Notes under the pieces: model-generated
What the model saw: the letters and a program-made list of their open reading frames with translations, nothing else
The model's database searches: none
Told to the model about the DNA's origin: nothing
Translations under genes and position numbers: made by a program
DNA from: Chloroflexota bacterium
Lineage (GTDB): Bacteria > Chloroflexota > Dehalococcoidia > E44-bin15
Length of the DNA: 51,056 nt
Direction: 5' to 3'
Assembly: GCA_030626475.1 (NCBI GenBank)
Contig: DAOUOW010000003.1
Location: 1-51,056, forward strand
In this document: positions 1 through 10,598 of the stretch, piece after piece
Numbering within the stretch: the stretch's first letter is position 1
Layout: each line of letters begins with the position of its first letter

Positions 1-1008
1 CTCAATGGGAGGCTCAGCACCCTTGATCGCCGTATCTGGGTCCTTGAGCCCAGCGCCAGTGATGATGCAAACCACCTTTTTGCCCTTGAGGCTGATACCC
101 TGTCCCGCCACCTTGATCAGACCGGCCACCGAGGCGGCTGAAGCCGGCTCGCCGAAGATGCCCTCCTCACGGGCAAGAAGCCTGTAGGCGGAAAGGATTT
201 CATCATCGGTGACGAGGTCAATGAGCCCGCGGGACTCATCCCTGGCGGCGACCGCCTCCTTCCAGCTTGCCGGATTGCCGATGCGGATCGCCGAAGCTAT
301 CGTCCTCGGCTCCTCGATAACCTTACCCTGAACGATGGGGGCTGCCCCCTCAGCCTGAAATCCCATCATGTGGGGAGTGCTCTTTGCCTTCCCCGCCCCA
401 TGATATTCCGCAAACCCCCTCCAGTAGGCGGTAATATTGCCCGCATTACCCACGGGAATGAAAAGGTAGTCAGGGGCATCGCCCAGGCTATCGACGATCT
501 CGAAGGCAGCGGTCTTCTGCCCTTCGAGGCGATGGGGGTTGATGGAATTGACCACAGTTATGGGATGCTTCTGGCTCAGGGTGCGCACCAGGCTCAATGC
601 CTGATCGAAGGAGCCATCGATGGCGATGATCCTCGCCCCATAAACTAAAGCCTGGGCCAGCTTCCCCAGGGCAATCCCTCCCTGAGGCACAATGACAAAG
701 GTGCTAAGCCCGAATCCGGCGCCATAGGCTGCGGCCGAGGCGCTGGTATTGCCCGTGGAGGCGCAGATAATGGCGCGGCTCCCCCCTTCCACCGCCTTGG
801 CCACTGCCACCACCATCCCCCGATCCTTGAACGAGCCTGTGGGGTTGCACCCCTCCAGCTTGAAGTAAAGCTCGCAGCCAAACTCCTTCTCTATTTGCCG
901 CGACCGGACCAGGGGTGTATCCCCCTCGCCCAGGGTTATCATCGGGGTCTTGGCGGTGATGGGCAAGAATTCACGGTATCGGGCTAAAACGCCTTTTTCA
1001 ACCGCCAT
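1..1008 (-). CDS. thrC: Threonine synthase, 3' end runs off the window (absent from ORF track)
   Basis: Manual translation from ATG at 1008: [34 protein letters not shown]...[17 protein letters not shown]...[13 protein letters not shown]; PLP lysine motif SFKDRG; follows hom. Confidence 0.95.
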   Translation of the reverse strand, partial: MAVEKGVLARYREFLPITAKTPMITLGEGDTPLVRSRQIEKEFGCELYFKLEGCNPTGSFKDRGMVVAVAKAVEGGSRAIICASTGNTSASAAAYGAGFGLSTFVIVPQGGIALGKLAQALVYGARIIAIDGSFDQALSLVRTLSQKHPITVVNSINPHRLEGQKTAAFEIVDSLGDAPDYLFIPVGNAGNITAYWRGFAEYHGAGKAKSTPHMMGFQAEGAAPIVQGKVIEEPRTIASAIRIGNPASWKEAVAARDESRGLIDLVTDDEILSAYRLLAREEGIFGEPASAASVAGLIKVAGQGISLKGKKVVCIITGAGLKDPDTAIKGAEPPIE

Positions 1009-1010
1009 AG

Positions 1011-2309
1011 CTAATCCTCAACCCGGACGAAGTTGGAGACCTCCTTTACCACCTCAAGTCGCTCTATCTCCGCCATAGCCTTTTGCATCGCGCTCTCCTG
1101 AGCGGGGTAGGTCATGAGCACAATCTGGGCACTCTTGGTGGCGACATCGGTCTCCCTTTGAATCACCGAGGAGATGCTGATCTGGAGGTCGCCCAGAATC
1201 TTGGAGATCTGCGCCAGCACGCCGGGGAGGTCGACGGTGCTCAAGCGGAGATAATATCTGGTCTCGATTTCAGAGATTGGTCGTATCTTTTTCCCCGGTT
1301 CCAGCCTGAGGCTGGAGGTGATGCTCACCCCGAGGTTGATTCTCTGCCCCAAATTGATGACATCGGCGATTACTGCGCTTGAGGTTGGCGAGGCACCAGC
1401 CCCCTGGCCATAGAAGATAACCCTGCCCACCAGGTCGCCCTCCACCTGAACGGCATTATAGACACCATCCACCTTGGCCAGGAGGAGGTCTTCAGGAATA
1501 AATACCGGATGAACGCGAACTTCAATCGAGCCGTCCTTCTCCTTGGCAATGGCGAGCAGCTTTATGGCGTAGCCCAGCTCCCTGGCATATCTGAAATCGC
1601 GGGAACTGAGGCGGGAGATGCCTTCGTGGTAAACGTCCTGAGGGCGAACCTCAGCGTGAAACGCCAGGGTGGCCAAAATGGCAAGCTTATAGGCGGCATC
1701 AATGCCCTCGATATCGTTTGCCGGGTCAGGTTCAGCGTAACCCATCTTTTGCGCTTGCTTTAGCGCCGATGAGAAATCCAGCCCCTCGGATGCCATTCTG
1801 GTGAGAATATAGTTAGTGGTACCGTTGATGATGGCATAGATGGCCGAGATCTTGTTAGCCAAAAGGTCCTGCTTGAAGGGGGCAATGAGCGGGATGCCTC
1901 CACCTACGCTGGCCTCATAGAGGATGTCGACCCCCTTTTCCTGAGCCAGGGAGATGAGCTCCGGGCCATGCTTTGAGATGACCTCCTTATTGGCGGTGAC
2001 CACATGCTTCCCCTTAAGGATAGCTTCCTTTATCAACTCAAGCGCCGGGCTCTCGCCACCGATAACCTCAATCACGATGTCTATCTCAGGGTCGTCGAGG
2101 ATCTCCCGAGGATCAGTGGTAAGGAGGTGAGGCTCCACCTTCACCGCCCGCCTCTTGGCCGGCTCACGCACCAGTATTTTCCTCAGCCTTAGCGGGCATC
2201 CCACCTGGCTGGCGATAGCCTCCTCCCTCTCCATCAGGGCCTTAGCCACGCCGCTGCCAATAACCCCCAGCCCCATCAGCCCAATGCCAATGCTCTCCCT
2301 TTCCCCCAA
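1011..2309 (-). CDS. hom: Homoserine dehydrogenase with C-terminal ACT domain
   Basis: GLGVIG Rossmann motif, [41 protein letters not shown]. Confidence 0.97.
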   Translation of the reverse strand: MGERESIGIGLMGLGVIGSGVAKALMEREEAIASQVGCPLRLRKILVREPAKRRAVKVEPHLLTTDPREILDDPEIDIVIEVIGGESPALELIKEAILKGKHVVTANKEVISKHGPELISLAQEKGVDILYEASVGGGIPLIAPFKQDLLANKISAIYAIINGTTNYILTRMASEGLDFSSALKQAQKMGYAEPDPANDIEGIDAAYKLAILATLAFHAEVRPQDVYHEGISRLSSRDFRYARELGYAIKLLAIAKEKDGSIEVRVHPVFIPEDLLLAKVDGVYNAVQVEGDLVGRVIFYGQGAGASPTSSAVIADVINLGQRINLGVSITSSLRLEPGKKIRPISEIETRYYLRLSTVDLPGVLAQISKILGDLQISISSVIQRETDVATKSAQIVLMTYPAQESAMQKAMAEIERLEVVKEVSNFVRVED

Positions 2310-2321
2310 GATAGAACCTCC

Positions 2322-3305
2322 CTAATCGAGCCGCCCTATGGCCCATTCATATACCTCGTCCAGATCGAGGTTGGACTTGCGCTTCACCTTCTCTTCTCTC
2401 TCCGCTGCGAGCCAGTCGCTAAATGCTCTGGCTTTAAGCTGCTCCCTGGTCGCCTCATCCAGCGCCCGGTTCTCCTCCCGCTCCAGTACCTTGATTATAT
2501 AGTATCCCCCGTCTGGGGCAAAAGGCTGGCTCACTTCATCCAGCTCAAGGTTGAAGGCAACATCATCGAACACCTCGCCCCTGAGCCCCTCGGGGAACCA
2601 GCCCAGGTCGCCACCATTTTCCTTGGACACCGGATCCAGATTAAATTCCTCCGCGGCAAGAGATGCGAAATCCTCGCCCCCTTCCAGCCTCTCGAGCACC
2701 GTTTGCGCAACCTCCTCAGTAGCTACCAGGATGCCCTGAACATGAAGCTGAAGCATCTCCTCGGGCACCTGCTCCCTGAGGTATTCATCCAGCCTGCCCT
2801 GCAACAGATCATACCCCACAAACCATCGATAGTGCTCATCGGAAACCCCCTGAAGAGCAAGCTCCTGCTGGTAGCGCTCCTCAAACTCCTCCTCAGTTAC
2901 CTCCTCATCCTCGGGGAAGAGTATGCTTTTGATCTCCTCGGTGATATCATCATCGGTGACACCAAACCCAAACTCCTCAGCCCACTGCCTCATCAGCTCA
3001 TGGTGCTCCAACATGAGGAGGGGGGTTGCAGGAGAACCCTGGGGATAGGCACGAAGCATGTCAAGATAGTCACTACGGGTGAATTTGACGGTAGCTATCG
3101 TACCATGCACTGTTGACAGCACCTCTCTTGGCATGGCAATCCAGTAGCGATAGGCTCCGACAGCTATGATTCCTATGACTACGGCAATGACCAGAGCGCC
3201 AAGTACAACAATAAAGCGCCGCCTTCGCCTCTCCTGCTGCCACCGCGCCAGGCGACGCCTAGTGGTGATCTCCCGGCTGGGCGGTGCCTTCCGCTTTTTC
3301 GCCAT
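2322..3305 (-). CDS. Membrane-anchored PpiC/parvulin-type peptidyl-prolyl isomerase (PrsA/SurA-like foldase)
   Basis: N-terminal TM helix; rotamase motifs GEDFASLA, SKENGGDLGWFP, GYYIIKVLE. Confidence 0.85.
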   Translation of the reverse strand: MAKKRKAPPSREITTRRRLARWQQERRRRRFIVVLGALVIAVVIGIIAVGAYRYWIAMPREVLSTVHGTIATVKFTRSDYLDMLRAYPQGSPATPLLMLEHHELMRQWAEEFGFGVTDDDITEEIKSILFPEDEEVTEEEFEERYQQELALQGVSDEHYRWFVGYDLLQGRLDEYLREQVPEEMLQLHVQGILVATEEVAQTVLERLEGGEDFASLAAEEFNLDPVSKENGGDLGWFPEGLRGEVFDDVAFNLELDEVSQPFAPDGGYYIIKVLEREENRALDEATREQLKARAFSDWLAAEREEKVKRKSNLDLDEVYEWAIGRLD

Positions 3306-3366
3306 TTTTTCGCACTAAGGCACAAGAGCAGTTGAGCGCTTTGGGAGGGGTCTTAAACTGGGAAAG

Positions 3367-3666
3367 TTAGTCCCTTACCCCCACCCCTCCGGTCTTGCGG
3401 ATATGAGTTGGGGTAAACGGTAATAAGGCAAGATGCCGCGCCCTCTTCACCGCCACCGCTAACGCCCGCTGGTGCTTGGCACAGGTGCCCGTCCTGCGCC
3501 GAGGCTCGATCTTCCCCCGATCTGAGATATAGCGGCGCAACTGCGAAGGTTCCTTATAATCGATAATATCAACCTTAGCCACACAGAAGGCGCACACCCT
3601 GCGCTTGGGTATATATCTCCTGCCCCCGCCTCTAACTTTTCTCGGCTTTCCCCGCTTTATAGGCAT
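3367..3666 (-). CDS. rpsR: 30S ribosomal protein S18
   Basis: [30 protein letters not shown]; rpsF-ssb-rpsR order. Confidence 0.97.
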   Translation of the reverse strand: MPIKRGKPRKVRGGGRRYIPKRRVCAFCVAKVDIIDYKEPSQLRRYISDRGKIEPRRRTGTCAKHQRALAVAVKRARHLALLPFTPTHIRKTGGVGVRD

Positions 3667-3728
3667 TTTTCGATGCTATCCGCCTTGCTTCTAAATTTCG
3701 ACTTCGCCCCCCACGGTGTCCAACCGTC

Positions 3729-4146
3729 TTAGAATGGGAGCTCCTCAGGCTCGACCTCCCCCTCTACACCCTCCTCAGGAAGAGGAGCAGCCTCTTCAGG
3801 AAGGGGAGCAGCCCCAGGGCGATCGAGGAAAATTACACGATTAGCCACAATCTCATTGGTAAAACGCCGCTGCCCATCCTGCCCCTCCCAGGTACGGGTT
3901 CTCAGCCTGCCCTCAACATAGGCCCGCCGACCTTTAGCTAGAAACTGATTGCAAGTCTCCGCCAGCCTTCTCCAGGCAACCACTCTGAACCACTCCGTCT
4001 CTTGCCTTCTTTCCCCTTCAGGGGTAGTGGATGTCCACGAGGTAGCAATAGAAAAAGTGGTTACCGGACTTCCGCTGGGGGGTAAAACGCATCTCAGGAT
4101 CGGTCCCAAGGTTGCCAATGACCATAACTTTGTTCAAACTCGCCAT
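3729..4146 (-). CDS. ssb: Single-stranded DNA-binding protein, split by a +1 frameshift in a C6 run at 4077-4082
   Basis: ATG at 4146 reads MASLNKVMVIGNLGTDPEMRFTP; removing one C rejoins it to SGSPVTTFSIAT...ETEWFRVVAW...VEGRLRTRTW...EELPF. Confidence 0.93.
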
Positions 4147-4175
4147 GCCCCCGCGCTCCTTTCCAAAATGATTCT

Positions 4176-4463
4176 CTACTCGCTCAACCTCACCAACAAA
4201 TGGCGCAGGACCTCCTCCGAGATCCTCAAGCTTGCTTCAAGGTCAGCAGTCAACCCGGGGTCCATCTTGAAGTGAGTCAGTACGTAGTTGCCCTCCATAA
4301 AATCCTTTATCGGGTAAGCAAGCTTCCTTCTCCCCCATTGACTCACTTCAGTGATAGAACCACCTCTCTCAACGATGAATCGGCTTATCTTGTCCAAAGT
4401 GGCAGGGATCTCCTCTTCGGCGACCTCTGGACTGATAATCACTACCAGCTCATAGTCGCGCAA
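4176..4463 (-). CDS. rpsF: 30S ribosomal protein S6 (likely TTG start at 4463; ORF track start 4496)
   Basis: RDYELVVII, WGRRKLAYPI, EEVLRHL; GGGGTGA SD before TTG. Confidence 0.95.
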   Translation of the reverse strand: MRDYELVVIISPEVAEEEIPATLDKISRFIVERGGSITEVSQWGRRKLAYPIKDFMEGNYVLTHFKMDPGLTADLEASLRISEEVLRHLLVRLSE

Positions 4464-4535
4464 GCTATCACCCCCTACATTCAATGCCGACTCCATTTTT
4501 GGCCATTATACATGAAAAAGGCACCAGCAACAACA

Positions 4536-5786
4536 CTAATCACTGAGACCAGGCACAGGGAAACGGCTACAGAGGTCTTCTACCTCCTGGCGCACTTCCT
4601 TATATGTCTTGTCATCACCGATATTGGTGACGACCTTGATGATGAGCTGTGCAATGCGCGTCATCTCATCAGGGCCAAAGCCGCGGCTGGTCACTGCCGG
4701 CGTGCCGAACCTGATGCCACTGGTGACCCGGGGGGGACGAGGGTCGAAGGGAATGGCATTGCGGTTAGCAACGATGCCTGCAGCCTCAAGGGCTTCCTCT
4801 GCTGCCTTGCCCGTTATCCCCAGGTCGCGGAGATCAACGAGCAGGAGGTGATTGTCCGTGCCCCCAGAGACGACGCGAAGCCCCCCTCGCTGAAGCTCGC
4901 TGGCCAAAAGCCGAGCATTGTCGAGCACGGCCTGCTGATAGCTCACGAACTCCGGCTTCATCGCCTCGCCAAAGCAAACCGCCTTGGCGGCTATGATATG
5001 CATCAAAGGACCACCCTGAGCCTCAGGGCAGACCGCATCATCTAAGCGGGAGGCAAACTCTGCCGTGGACAACAGGAAGCCACCTCGCGGACCGCGCAGG
5101 GTCTTATGGGTGGTAGAGGAAACTATGTCAGCGTGGGGAACAGGGCTGGGATGCATCCCTGCAGCGACAAGCCCTGCGATGTGAGCCATGTCCACCAGCA
5201 GCCTGGCTCCGACGAGGTCGGCGATGTGACGAAAGCGCTCAAAGTCGATGACCCTGGAGTAGGCACTGGCCCCAGCGAGGATGAGCTTGGGTCTGTGCTC
5301 CCGGGCGATCCTTTCCACCTCATCATAGTCCAGGAGTTCCGTTTCACGGTCGACGCCATAGGGAATAAAGCGATAGAGCTTGCCCGAGAAGCTGACTAGG
5401 CTGCCATGGGTGAGATGCCCACCATGGTCTAGCTTCATTGCCATGAAGCCAGACCCCGGTTGGAGCAGGACGAAGTATGCCGCCATGTTCGCCTGGGTCC
5501 CGCTGTGGGGCTGGACATTGGCATACTCAGCGTGAAAGAGTCTCTTTGCCCGCTCCCGGGCCAGCTCCTCCGCCACGTCAACCTCACTGCACCCGCCGTA
5601 ATAGCGATGCTGAGGGTAGCCCTCAGCATACTTGTCAGTGAGCACAGAGGCCATCGCTTCCAGAACCGCCCTCGAGGCATGGTTTTCGGCAGCGATGAGC
5701 CCGATGGTATCCTGCTGCCGCCTCTGCTCGCGACTGATAACCTGCCAAAGCTCTGGATCGCTATGCTCTAAAACACCCATTGACAT
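4536..5786 (-). CDS. glyA: Serine hydroxymethyltransferase
   Basis: [56 protein letters not shown]. Confidence 0.98.
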   Translation of the reverse strand: MSMGVLEHSDPELWQVISREQRRQQDTIGLIAAENHASRAVLEAMASVLTDKYAEGYPQHRYYGGCSEVDVAEELARERAKRLFHAEYANVQPHSGTQANMAAYFVLLQPGSGFMAMKLDHGGHLTHGSLVSFSGKLYRFIPYGVDRETELLDYDEVERIAREHRPKLILAGASAYSRVIDFERFRHIADLVGARLLVDMAHIAGLVAAGMHPSPVPHADIVSSTTHKTLRGPRGGFLLSTAEFASRLDDAVCPEAQGGPLMHIIAAKAVCFGEAMKPEFVSYQQAVLDNARLLASELQRGGLRVVSGGTDNHLLLVDLRDLGITGKAAEEALEAAGIVANRNAIPFDPRPPRVTSGIRFGTPAVTSRGFGPDEMTRIAQLIIKVVTNIGDDKTYKEVRQEVEDLCSRFPVPGLSD

Positions 5787-5794
5787 TACCTCTT

Positions 5795-5826
5795 AAAAAA
5801 GAAATCCACGCAATTTCTTGGCGTGG
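5795..5826 (-). terminator. Intrinsic terminator-like hairpin with U-tract immediately upstream of the glyA SD
   Basis: Minus strand CCACGCCAAGAAATTGCGTGG followed by ATTTCTTTTTT, about 10 nt before the ATG. Confidence 0.6.
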
Positions 5827-5935
5827 CAGTTGAGTCCATTAACTATTCTCGCTGCTTTTCACCAAAATAAGCTTTACCACCCTGGCGCCCAATCCGATAC
5901 TTCTCTTCCAGTTTCGACGGTAGTTTACCTCCCCA

Positions 5936-7069
5936 TCACTTCCTTGTCAACAACCCGATCTCGATGAGGGCCAGGAGCCCGCCAGAGACCAGGGAATGCC
6001 CGCCGAGGATGACCGGGATCGGGGCCCCCAGGGCTGCCTCGGTAAACTGGCGAACAAAGGGATTATCTATCTTCTCCGGCTGCCCCAGGTCGGAATAGAA
6101 GCGGTCAGGACGTGAGGGCTCAAGCCCGAAATGGGCAAAGATGACCCTGGAGTCGATAAAGGCGGCATCGCCGAGGCGAGCCAAGGTTTCAAAGAAGCGC
6201 TGAGGTGTTACCTGCTCCCAGTAGAAGCCGAGGATGGAACAAGCCTCGCCCCGCCGCTGGCGCTCATCGGCACGCAGGCTCCGCTCCTCAGCCAGCAGCC
6301 GCACCCGGCAAGCGGTCCCGGTCTCCATTTGCGACCAAACATGGCTGCCAACCCGCCCCGCCACCACGACCTGAGCATTCTCATCGTTGAAGCAGCTTAT
6401 CACTCGCTCCAGGCGAGAGGTATCGAGGTCTAGGCCCGCCACACAGGCTTGGGTGTAGCTGCCGACGCCGGGGTGCAGCTTGAGGATGAAGAGGTCAGCG
6501 GGGGTATCAATGTCAAACTGGTAAGCGGCGGTTCGAGGGAGGCAAACCTCTCTCAGGCCCGCCTGGCCGACCAGAAGCTGCGCCAGGGGATTATCTATAG
6601 CCGGGAGATCGATGTCCGCTATCGCTTTTCCCGGGGTGAAGGCGATGAGGTCGGCAGAGAAGATGTTGTTGGTGATCACCGTATTTGTCGCCGAGGATAG
6701 CTGCTGGGCGAGGGCACCAAGTTCACCGGAAGAGAGCAGGGGAACACTACCTCGGCCAATATAAAACGGCTTCTCAATCCCGTGCTTCTGGATAACCTGC
6801 TTCAGCTTTTGGCCAAAATGAAACGGGCCTGAGCTCTCCTCGACCACCACCGAGGGACCGAGCTCCTTGCCCAGCTCCTCCACATCGGTAACCAAGATCA
6901 CCCGTGAGAAGGCACCACTCTCCAGCGCCCGCTCTATGACGTCTCGGGCGATGGCACGGTGGGCAAAAGCGACCATCTCCTCCCCAGGGGTGCCGCCAAT
7001 GTCACCGAGGAAAAGGATGAGAGTGGGATCCGCTTTTATCCTGCCACCTCCGCCCCAGAATTGGTGCAC
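5936..7069 (-). CDS. Hypothetical protein with CofC/MobA-like nucleotidyltransferase-fold N-terminus
   Basis: FDIDTPADL motif resembling the DVDTxxDL of CofC/GT-A proteins; start uncertain. Confidence 0.5.
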   Translation of the reverse strand: MHQFWGGGGRIKADPTLILFLGDIGGTPGEEMVAFAHRAIARDVIERALESGAFSRVILVTDVEELGKELGPSVVVEESSGPFHFGQKLKQVIQKHGIEKPFYIGRGSVPLLSSGELGALAQQLSSATNTVITNNIFSADLIAFTPGKAIADIDLPAIDNPLAQLLVGQAGLREVCLPRTAAYQFDIDTPADLFILKLHPGVGSYTQACVAGLDLDTSRLERVISCFNDENAQVVVAGRVGSHVWSQMETGTACRVRLLAEERSLRADERQRRGEACSILGFYWEQVTPQRFFETLARLGDAAFIDSRVIFAHFGLEPSRPDRFYSDLGQPEKIDNPFVRQFTEAALGAPIPVILGGHSLVSGGLLALIEIGLLTRK

Positions 7070-7079
7070 CAGTAGCTTC

Positions 7080-7823
7080 TCACACCTCTCTCGCCACCGT
7101 CAAGCCCCAGACCGAGGTCGCACCTGCCGCTTTCAGGGCGGTGGCACAGGCGTCAAGGGTTGCCCCAGAGGTGCACACGTCATCGATGAGCAGTACGCCT
7201 TTGCCCGCCAACTCTTCATTGCGGCAGAAAAAGGCCTGGGCCACATTGCTCTGGCGCTCCTCCACGCTCCTGGTTCTGGTTTGGGCCGGGGTGTCTCGAA
7301 GGCGAACCAGCGAGCCATCAACCACAGGCATTGAACTCAGCCGGCCAAGCTCCACAGCCAAAAGCGATGCCTGATTGTAGCCACGCTGGCGCAGGCGGCG
7401 CCGGTGAAGCGGCACCGGGACGAGCACCTCAGCGAGCAAGGGGTTGGCCACCAGATATTCCGCCATTAGCTGAGCCAGGAGAGGGGCGATGGCTTTCACA
7501 TTCCTGTATTTGAAGGACAGAATCGCCTCGCGCATCGCACCATCAAAGCGAAAAGGGGATCGAATGCCATCGATTTCCATCGACCGCTGCTCACACCATG
7601 AGCACAGGGTTCCTGAAGCAAGCGGCCGGCCGCACTTGGCACATAACGGAGAGTAAAAGCAAGGAAGCGACAATCGGCAGGATGAGCAAAGGAGGCTTCC
7701 CCTCACCCCACAACCGACACACCGGGGAGGAAAGAAGAGATCTAGAACTATCCCTTTGAGCTGATTTAGCTCGGCGAATAAGTTCACAGAAAAAGGGAAC
7801 CCGCTTCCCCTGATATCAAGCAA
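7080..7823 (-). CDS. comF: ComF family protein (double zinc ribbon + phosphoribosyltransferase domain)
   Basis: CxxC pairs, PVPLH..R.RQRGYNQA, VLLIDDVCTSGATL. Confidence 0.92.
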   Translation of the reverse strand: MLDIRGSGFPFSVNLFAELNQLKGIVLDLFFPPRCVGCGVRGSLLCSSCRLSLPCFYSPLCAKCGRPLASGTLCSWCEQRSMEIDGIRSPFRFDGAMREAILSFKYRNVKAIAPLLAQLMAEYLVANPLLAEVLVPVPLHRRRLRQRGYNQASLLAVELGRLSSMPVVDGSLVRLRDTPAQTRTRSVEERQSNVAQAFFCRNEELAGKGVLLIDDVCTSGATLDACATALKAAGATSVWGLTVAREV

Positions 7824-7832
7824 AAGGTTATT

Positions 7833-8066
7833 TTAACTACGCGACCTGGGGACGTGCGATACCCCGCTGATAATGGGCTCATTGACATAAAGATCGCCAT
7901 TCCTGATCTTTAAGTTGAAGCCACAATCGGGATTGGTACAAACCCAGGCCTTGTAGTGGATTGCCGCCCCTTGGCTGCCAAAGTCTGACAAGGGGACAAG
8001 ATCACCGACGTTACACTTCAGACATTTGGGAAAACTACCGTTCTCCAAGAGCCACCTCCAGGCCAA
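7833..8066 (-). CDS. Small zinc-ribbon hypothetical protein
   Basis: CLKC...CTNPDC; in-operon position between thpR and comF. Confidence 0.7.
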   Translation of the reverse strand: MAWRWLLENGSFPKCLKCNVGDLVPLSDFGSQGAAIHYKAWVCTNPDCGFNLKIRNGDLYVNEPIISGVSHVPRSRS

Positions 8067-8089
8067 AAATCAACGGCTCAAAGTATATA

Positions 8090-8692
8090 CTAAAAATTTG
8101 ATGTGCGCAACCCACTTTCCAGCGAGATGGAGGAAATTCGATTATAAATTGCTCCTTTGGGAGTGAGAGTGCTCCTCATCAGGCTGACCTCCGCCACGTG
8201 AAAGGGAACACCCTCCTCCCCCTTGGCAGCCAGGAGCGCTTCCCCCATCCTTCGTCGCTCCTCAGCAGAAGCTCTCTCCCTAAGGCGTCCCAGGGTCAGA
8301 TGCGGGGTGAAAGGACGGGTCTCCGCAGAGAAACCAAGGGCAACCAGGGAATGGTCAATTCCACGTTGCAAAGAGGCGAGCTTTTCCACCTCCCCACCTA
8401 CAGCCACCCAGATAACCTGGGGTCGCCCCCGGCTGGGGAACGCACCCAGCCCACTGACCTCCAATCGAAAGGGGGATACACCTTGAGCCGCCTCGGCCAT
8501 CGCCTCCGCTATTGGCGATACCTTCTCCCTATCGATATTGCCCAGAAACTTCAGGGTGAGATGAATGCCATCCGCAGACACCCACTTCACATAGGGATGC
8601 TGCTCCGGCCTCAATTTACTTTGCACCGAGGACAGCCAAGCCTGGACCTCCTCGGGCAACTCTATGGCGATAAAGGCACGAATCTTTTCCAT
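8090..8692 (-). CDS. thpR: RNA 2',3'-cyclic phosphodiesterase (2H phosphoesterase); likely start ATG 8692
   Basis: RAFIAI start, two HLTL (HxT) motifs, RPFTPHLTLGR. Confidence 0.93.
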   Translation of the reverse strand: MEKIRAFIAIELPEEVQAWLSSVQSKLRPEQHPYVKWVSADGIHLTLKFLGNIDREKVSPIAEAMAEAAQGVSPFRLEVSGLGAFPSRGRPQVIWVAVGGEVEKLASLQRGIDHSLVALGFSAETRPFTPHLTLGRLRERASAEERRRMGEALLAAKGEEGVPFHVAEVSLMRSTLTPKGAIYNRISSISLESGLRTSNF

Positions 8693-8702
8693 GACCCTCC
8701 AT

Positions 8703-9542
8703 CTAGAGACCAAGAAGCCTCTCTGCATTCCCACCCAGGATCAGGCCTTCTGCCTCCTGCCCCAGGCCGAGGGAGCGAAGCTGCGATGTGATCCTGGAGG
8801 GCGCAAGCAGCGGATAGTCGCTGCCGAAAAGGATTTTATCAAAGCCCACAATCTGCGCCACATGGGTGAAAATCTCAGGCCGGTAGAGAAAGGGGGTGGC
8901 TGCGGTATCGAAGAAAACATTTTCTAACGCCTGGCTCACCTCGGGCATCAGGGCATAGAAAGGCAGGCCACCACCCCAGTGGGCGCAGACGATGGGAATC
9001 TGGGGAAAATGGCAGATAAAGCGATAAAGGATATCGGGGGTGATATTCCCTTTCCCCGAATACAGGTGCCCCACTGGCTCGGAGGCGTGGGTGAGGAGGA
9101 TGAATCGGTGCTCTGCTGCCGCCTCAACGATAGGCCTCATGGTCGCCTCGTCCCCGAGGTCAAACCCCTGGGTATCGGGCCTCATCTCGCCGATGCCTCT
9201 CATCCCTCCCCGGGCGCAGCGCTCGAGCTCGGCGATGGCTGCCTCCCCCGCCTTTGGCTGGAGGGCGCAAAAACCCACTAGGCGCTCCGGGTAGCGAGAT
9301 ATCGCCTCCATGATGTAGTCGTTGGTCTCCACGCACATCTGGTGACTAACCCAGCCAATGTTGAGCACGATGGAGCGGTCGATGCCCTCTTGATCCATGC
9401 TGGCGATGAGTTCTTCAGCGGTGGCGAGCTCAGCTTTGGGGTCGGAATAGAGGTGGGCAAAGCATGGGTCGCGCCCCAGGTATTGCTCCCGATTTTCCCT
9501 CAGCCGCGGCGAGAAGATGTGAGTATGAAAGTCGATAATCAC
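8703..9542 (-). CDS. Amidohydrolase_2 family TIM-barrel metal-dependent hydrolase
   Basis: IDFHTH, GIGE, AHWGGG, FFDTA, ILFGSDYP. Confidence 0.88.
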   Translation of the reverse strand: MIIDFHTHIFSPRLRENREQYLGRDPCFAHLYSDPKAELATAEELIASMDQEGIDRSIVLNIGWVSHQMCVETNDYIMEAISRYPERLVGFCALQPKAGEAAIAELERCARGGMRGIGEMRPDTQGFDLGDEATMRPIVEAAAEHRFILLTHASEPVGHLYSGKGNITPDILYRFICHFPQIPIVCAHWGGGLPFYALMPEVSQALENVFFDTAATPFLYRPEIFTHVAQIVGFDKILFGSDYPLLAPSRITSQLRSLGLGQEAEGLILGGNAERLLGL

Positions 9543-9628
9543 TGTTCAGATTTTAAAGAACCTTTCTCACCTAGTCAATATGCCTATCTAGTCCAGCCAA
9601 ATGGAGCCTCTCAGGTCAAAGAAATCTC

Positions 9629-9657
9629 TAGACAGGCAATGAAAGCTACTGTATAAT
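9629..9657 (+). promoter_or_regulatory. sigma70-type promoter of the transketolase genes
   Basis: TAGACA-17 nt-TATAAT. Confidence 0.65.
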
Positions 9658-9683
9658 GACCTGACAAGGCATGGAGGTATAGA

Positions 9684-10598
9684 TTGCCTTCAAAGAAGCG
9701 AGGAGCCAAGAGAGTAAATCCCTTAGCCTCGGCACCGAAAATTAGCGCCGAGGCTACTTCTTCAAAACGGGCCTCGATAGCAAAGCCCCTCTCCGAGGAA
9801 GAGATGAGGATGGTGGCGAAGAAATTGCGCCGCCACATCATCACCATGACGGCAACGGCGGGCAGCGGACATCCCGGAGGCTCCCTTTCCTCGGTGGAGA
9901 TTGTCACCACCCTGTTCTTCAATGTCCTGCGCCATGACCCCAAAGACCCTCGCTGGCCTGAGCGCGACCGATTCGTGTTGAGCAAAGGGCATGGGGCACC
10001 GGTTCTCTATTCTGCGCTGGCGGAAACAGGCTATTTCCCGGTTGAGGAACTCCTTGAACTGAGAAAACTGAATAGCCGGATGCAGGGCCATACTGACATG
10101 GCCACCACCCCCGGGGTGGAGATGACTGCCGGGGCTTTGGGGCAGGGGCTATCCTTCGGCATCGGCATTGCCCTCGCCGCTCGCCTCGACAGCCGCGATT
10201 ATCGGGTCTATGTTCTCCTCGGGGACGGGGAGTGCGATGAGGGGCAGGTGTGGGAGGCAGCAATGGCAGCCGCCCACTATAATGTGGATAACCTGGTTGC
10301 CATTGTCGATCGCAACCGACAGCAGATCGATGGCTGGACCTATGAGGTGATGGATACCGAGCCCATGGCCGAGAAGTGGCGCTCCTTTGGCTGGCATGTT
10401 ATTGAGGTCGATGGGCATGACCTGGGCCAGATCCTTCCCGCCTTCAATAAGGCAAAGAGGATGAAGGGGAAGCCCACGGCAATCATCGCTCATACCATTA
10501 AAGGCAAGGGTGTCAGCTTCATGGAGAATAACCCCGATTTTCATGGCAAGGCGCCCACCCCTGAGGAGGCAGAGAAAGCACTGAAGGAGCTGGAGTAA
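9684..10598 (+). CDS. Transketolase, N-terminal (TPP-binding) subunit
   Basis: SGHPGGSLS, DRFVLSKGH, GDGECDEG TPP motif, HTIKGKG. Confidence 0.95.
   Translation: MPSKKRGAKRVNPLASAPKISAEATSSKRASIAKPLSEEEMRMVAKKLRRHIITMTATAGSGHPGGSLSSVEIVTTLFFNVLRHDPKDPRWPERDRFVLSKGHGAPVLYSALAETGYFPVEELLELRKLNSRMQGHTDMATTPGVEMTAGALGQGLSFGIGIALAARLDSRDYRVYVLLGDGECDEGQVWEAAMAAAHYNVDNLVAIVDRNRQQIDGWTYEVMDTEPMAEKWRSFGWHVIEVDGHDLGQILPAFNKAKRMKGKPTAIIAHTIKGKGVSFMENNPDFHGKAPTPEEAEKALKELE

Noticed and set aside
5870-5885. T-box reading of GGGTGGTAAAGC before glyA
   Set aside because: Lacks ACC after UGGN, and there is no stem I/specifier or room for one
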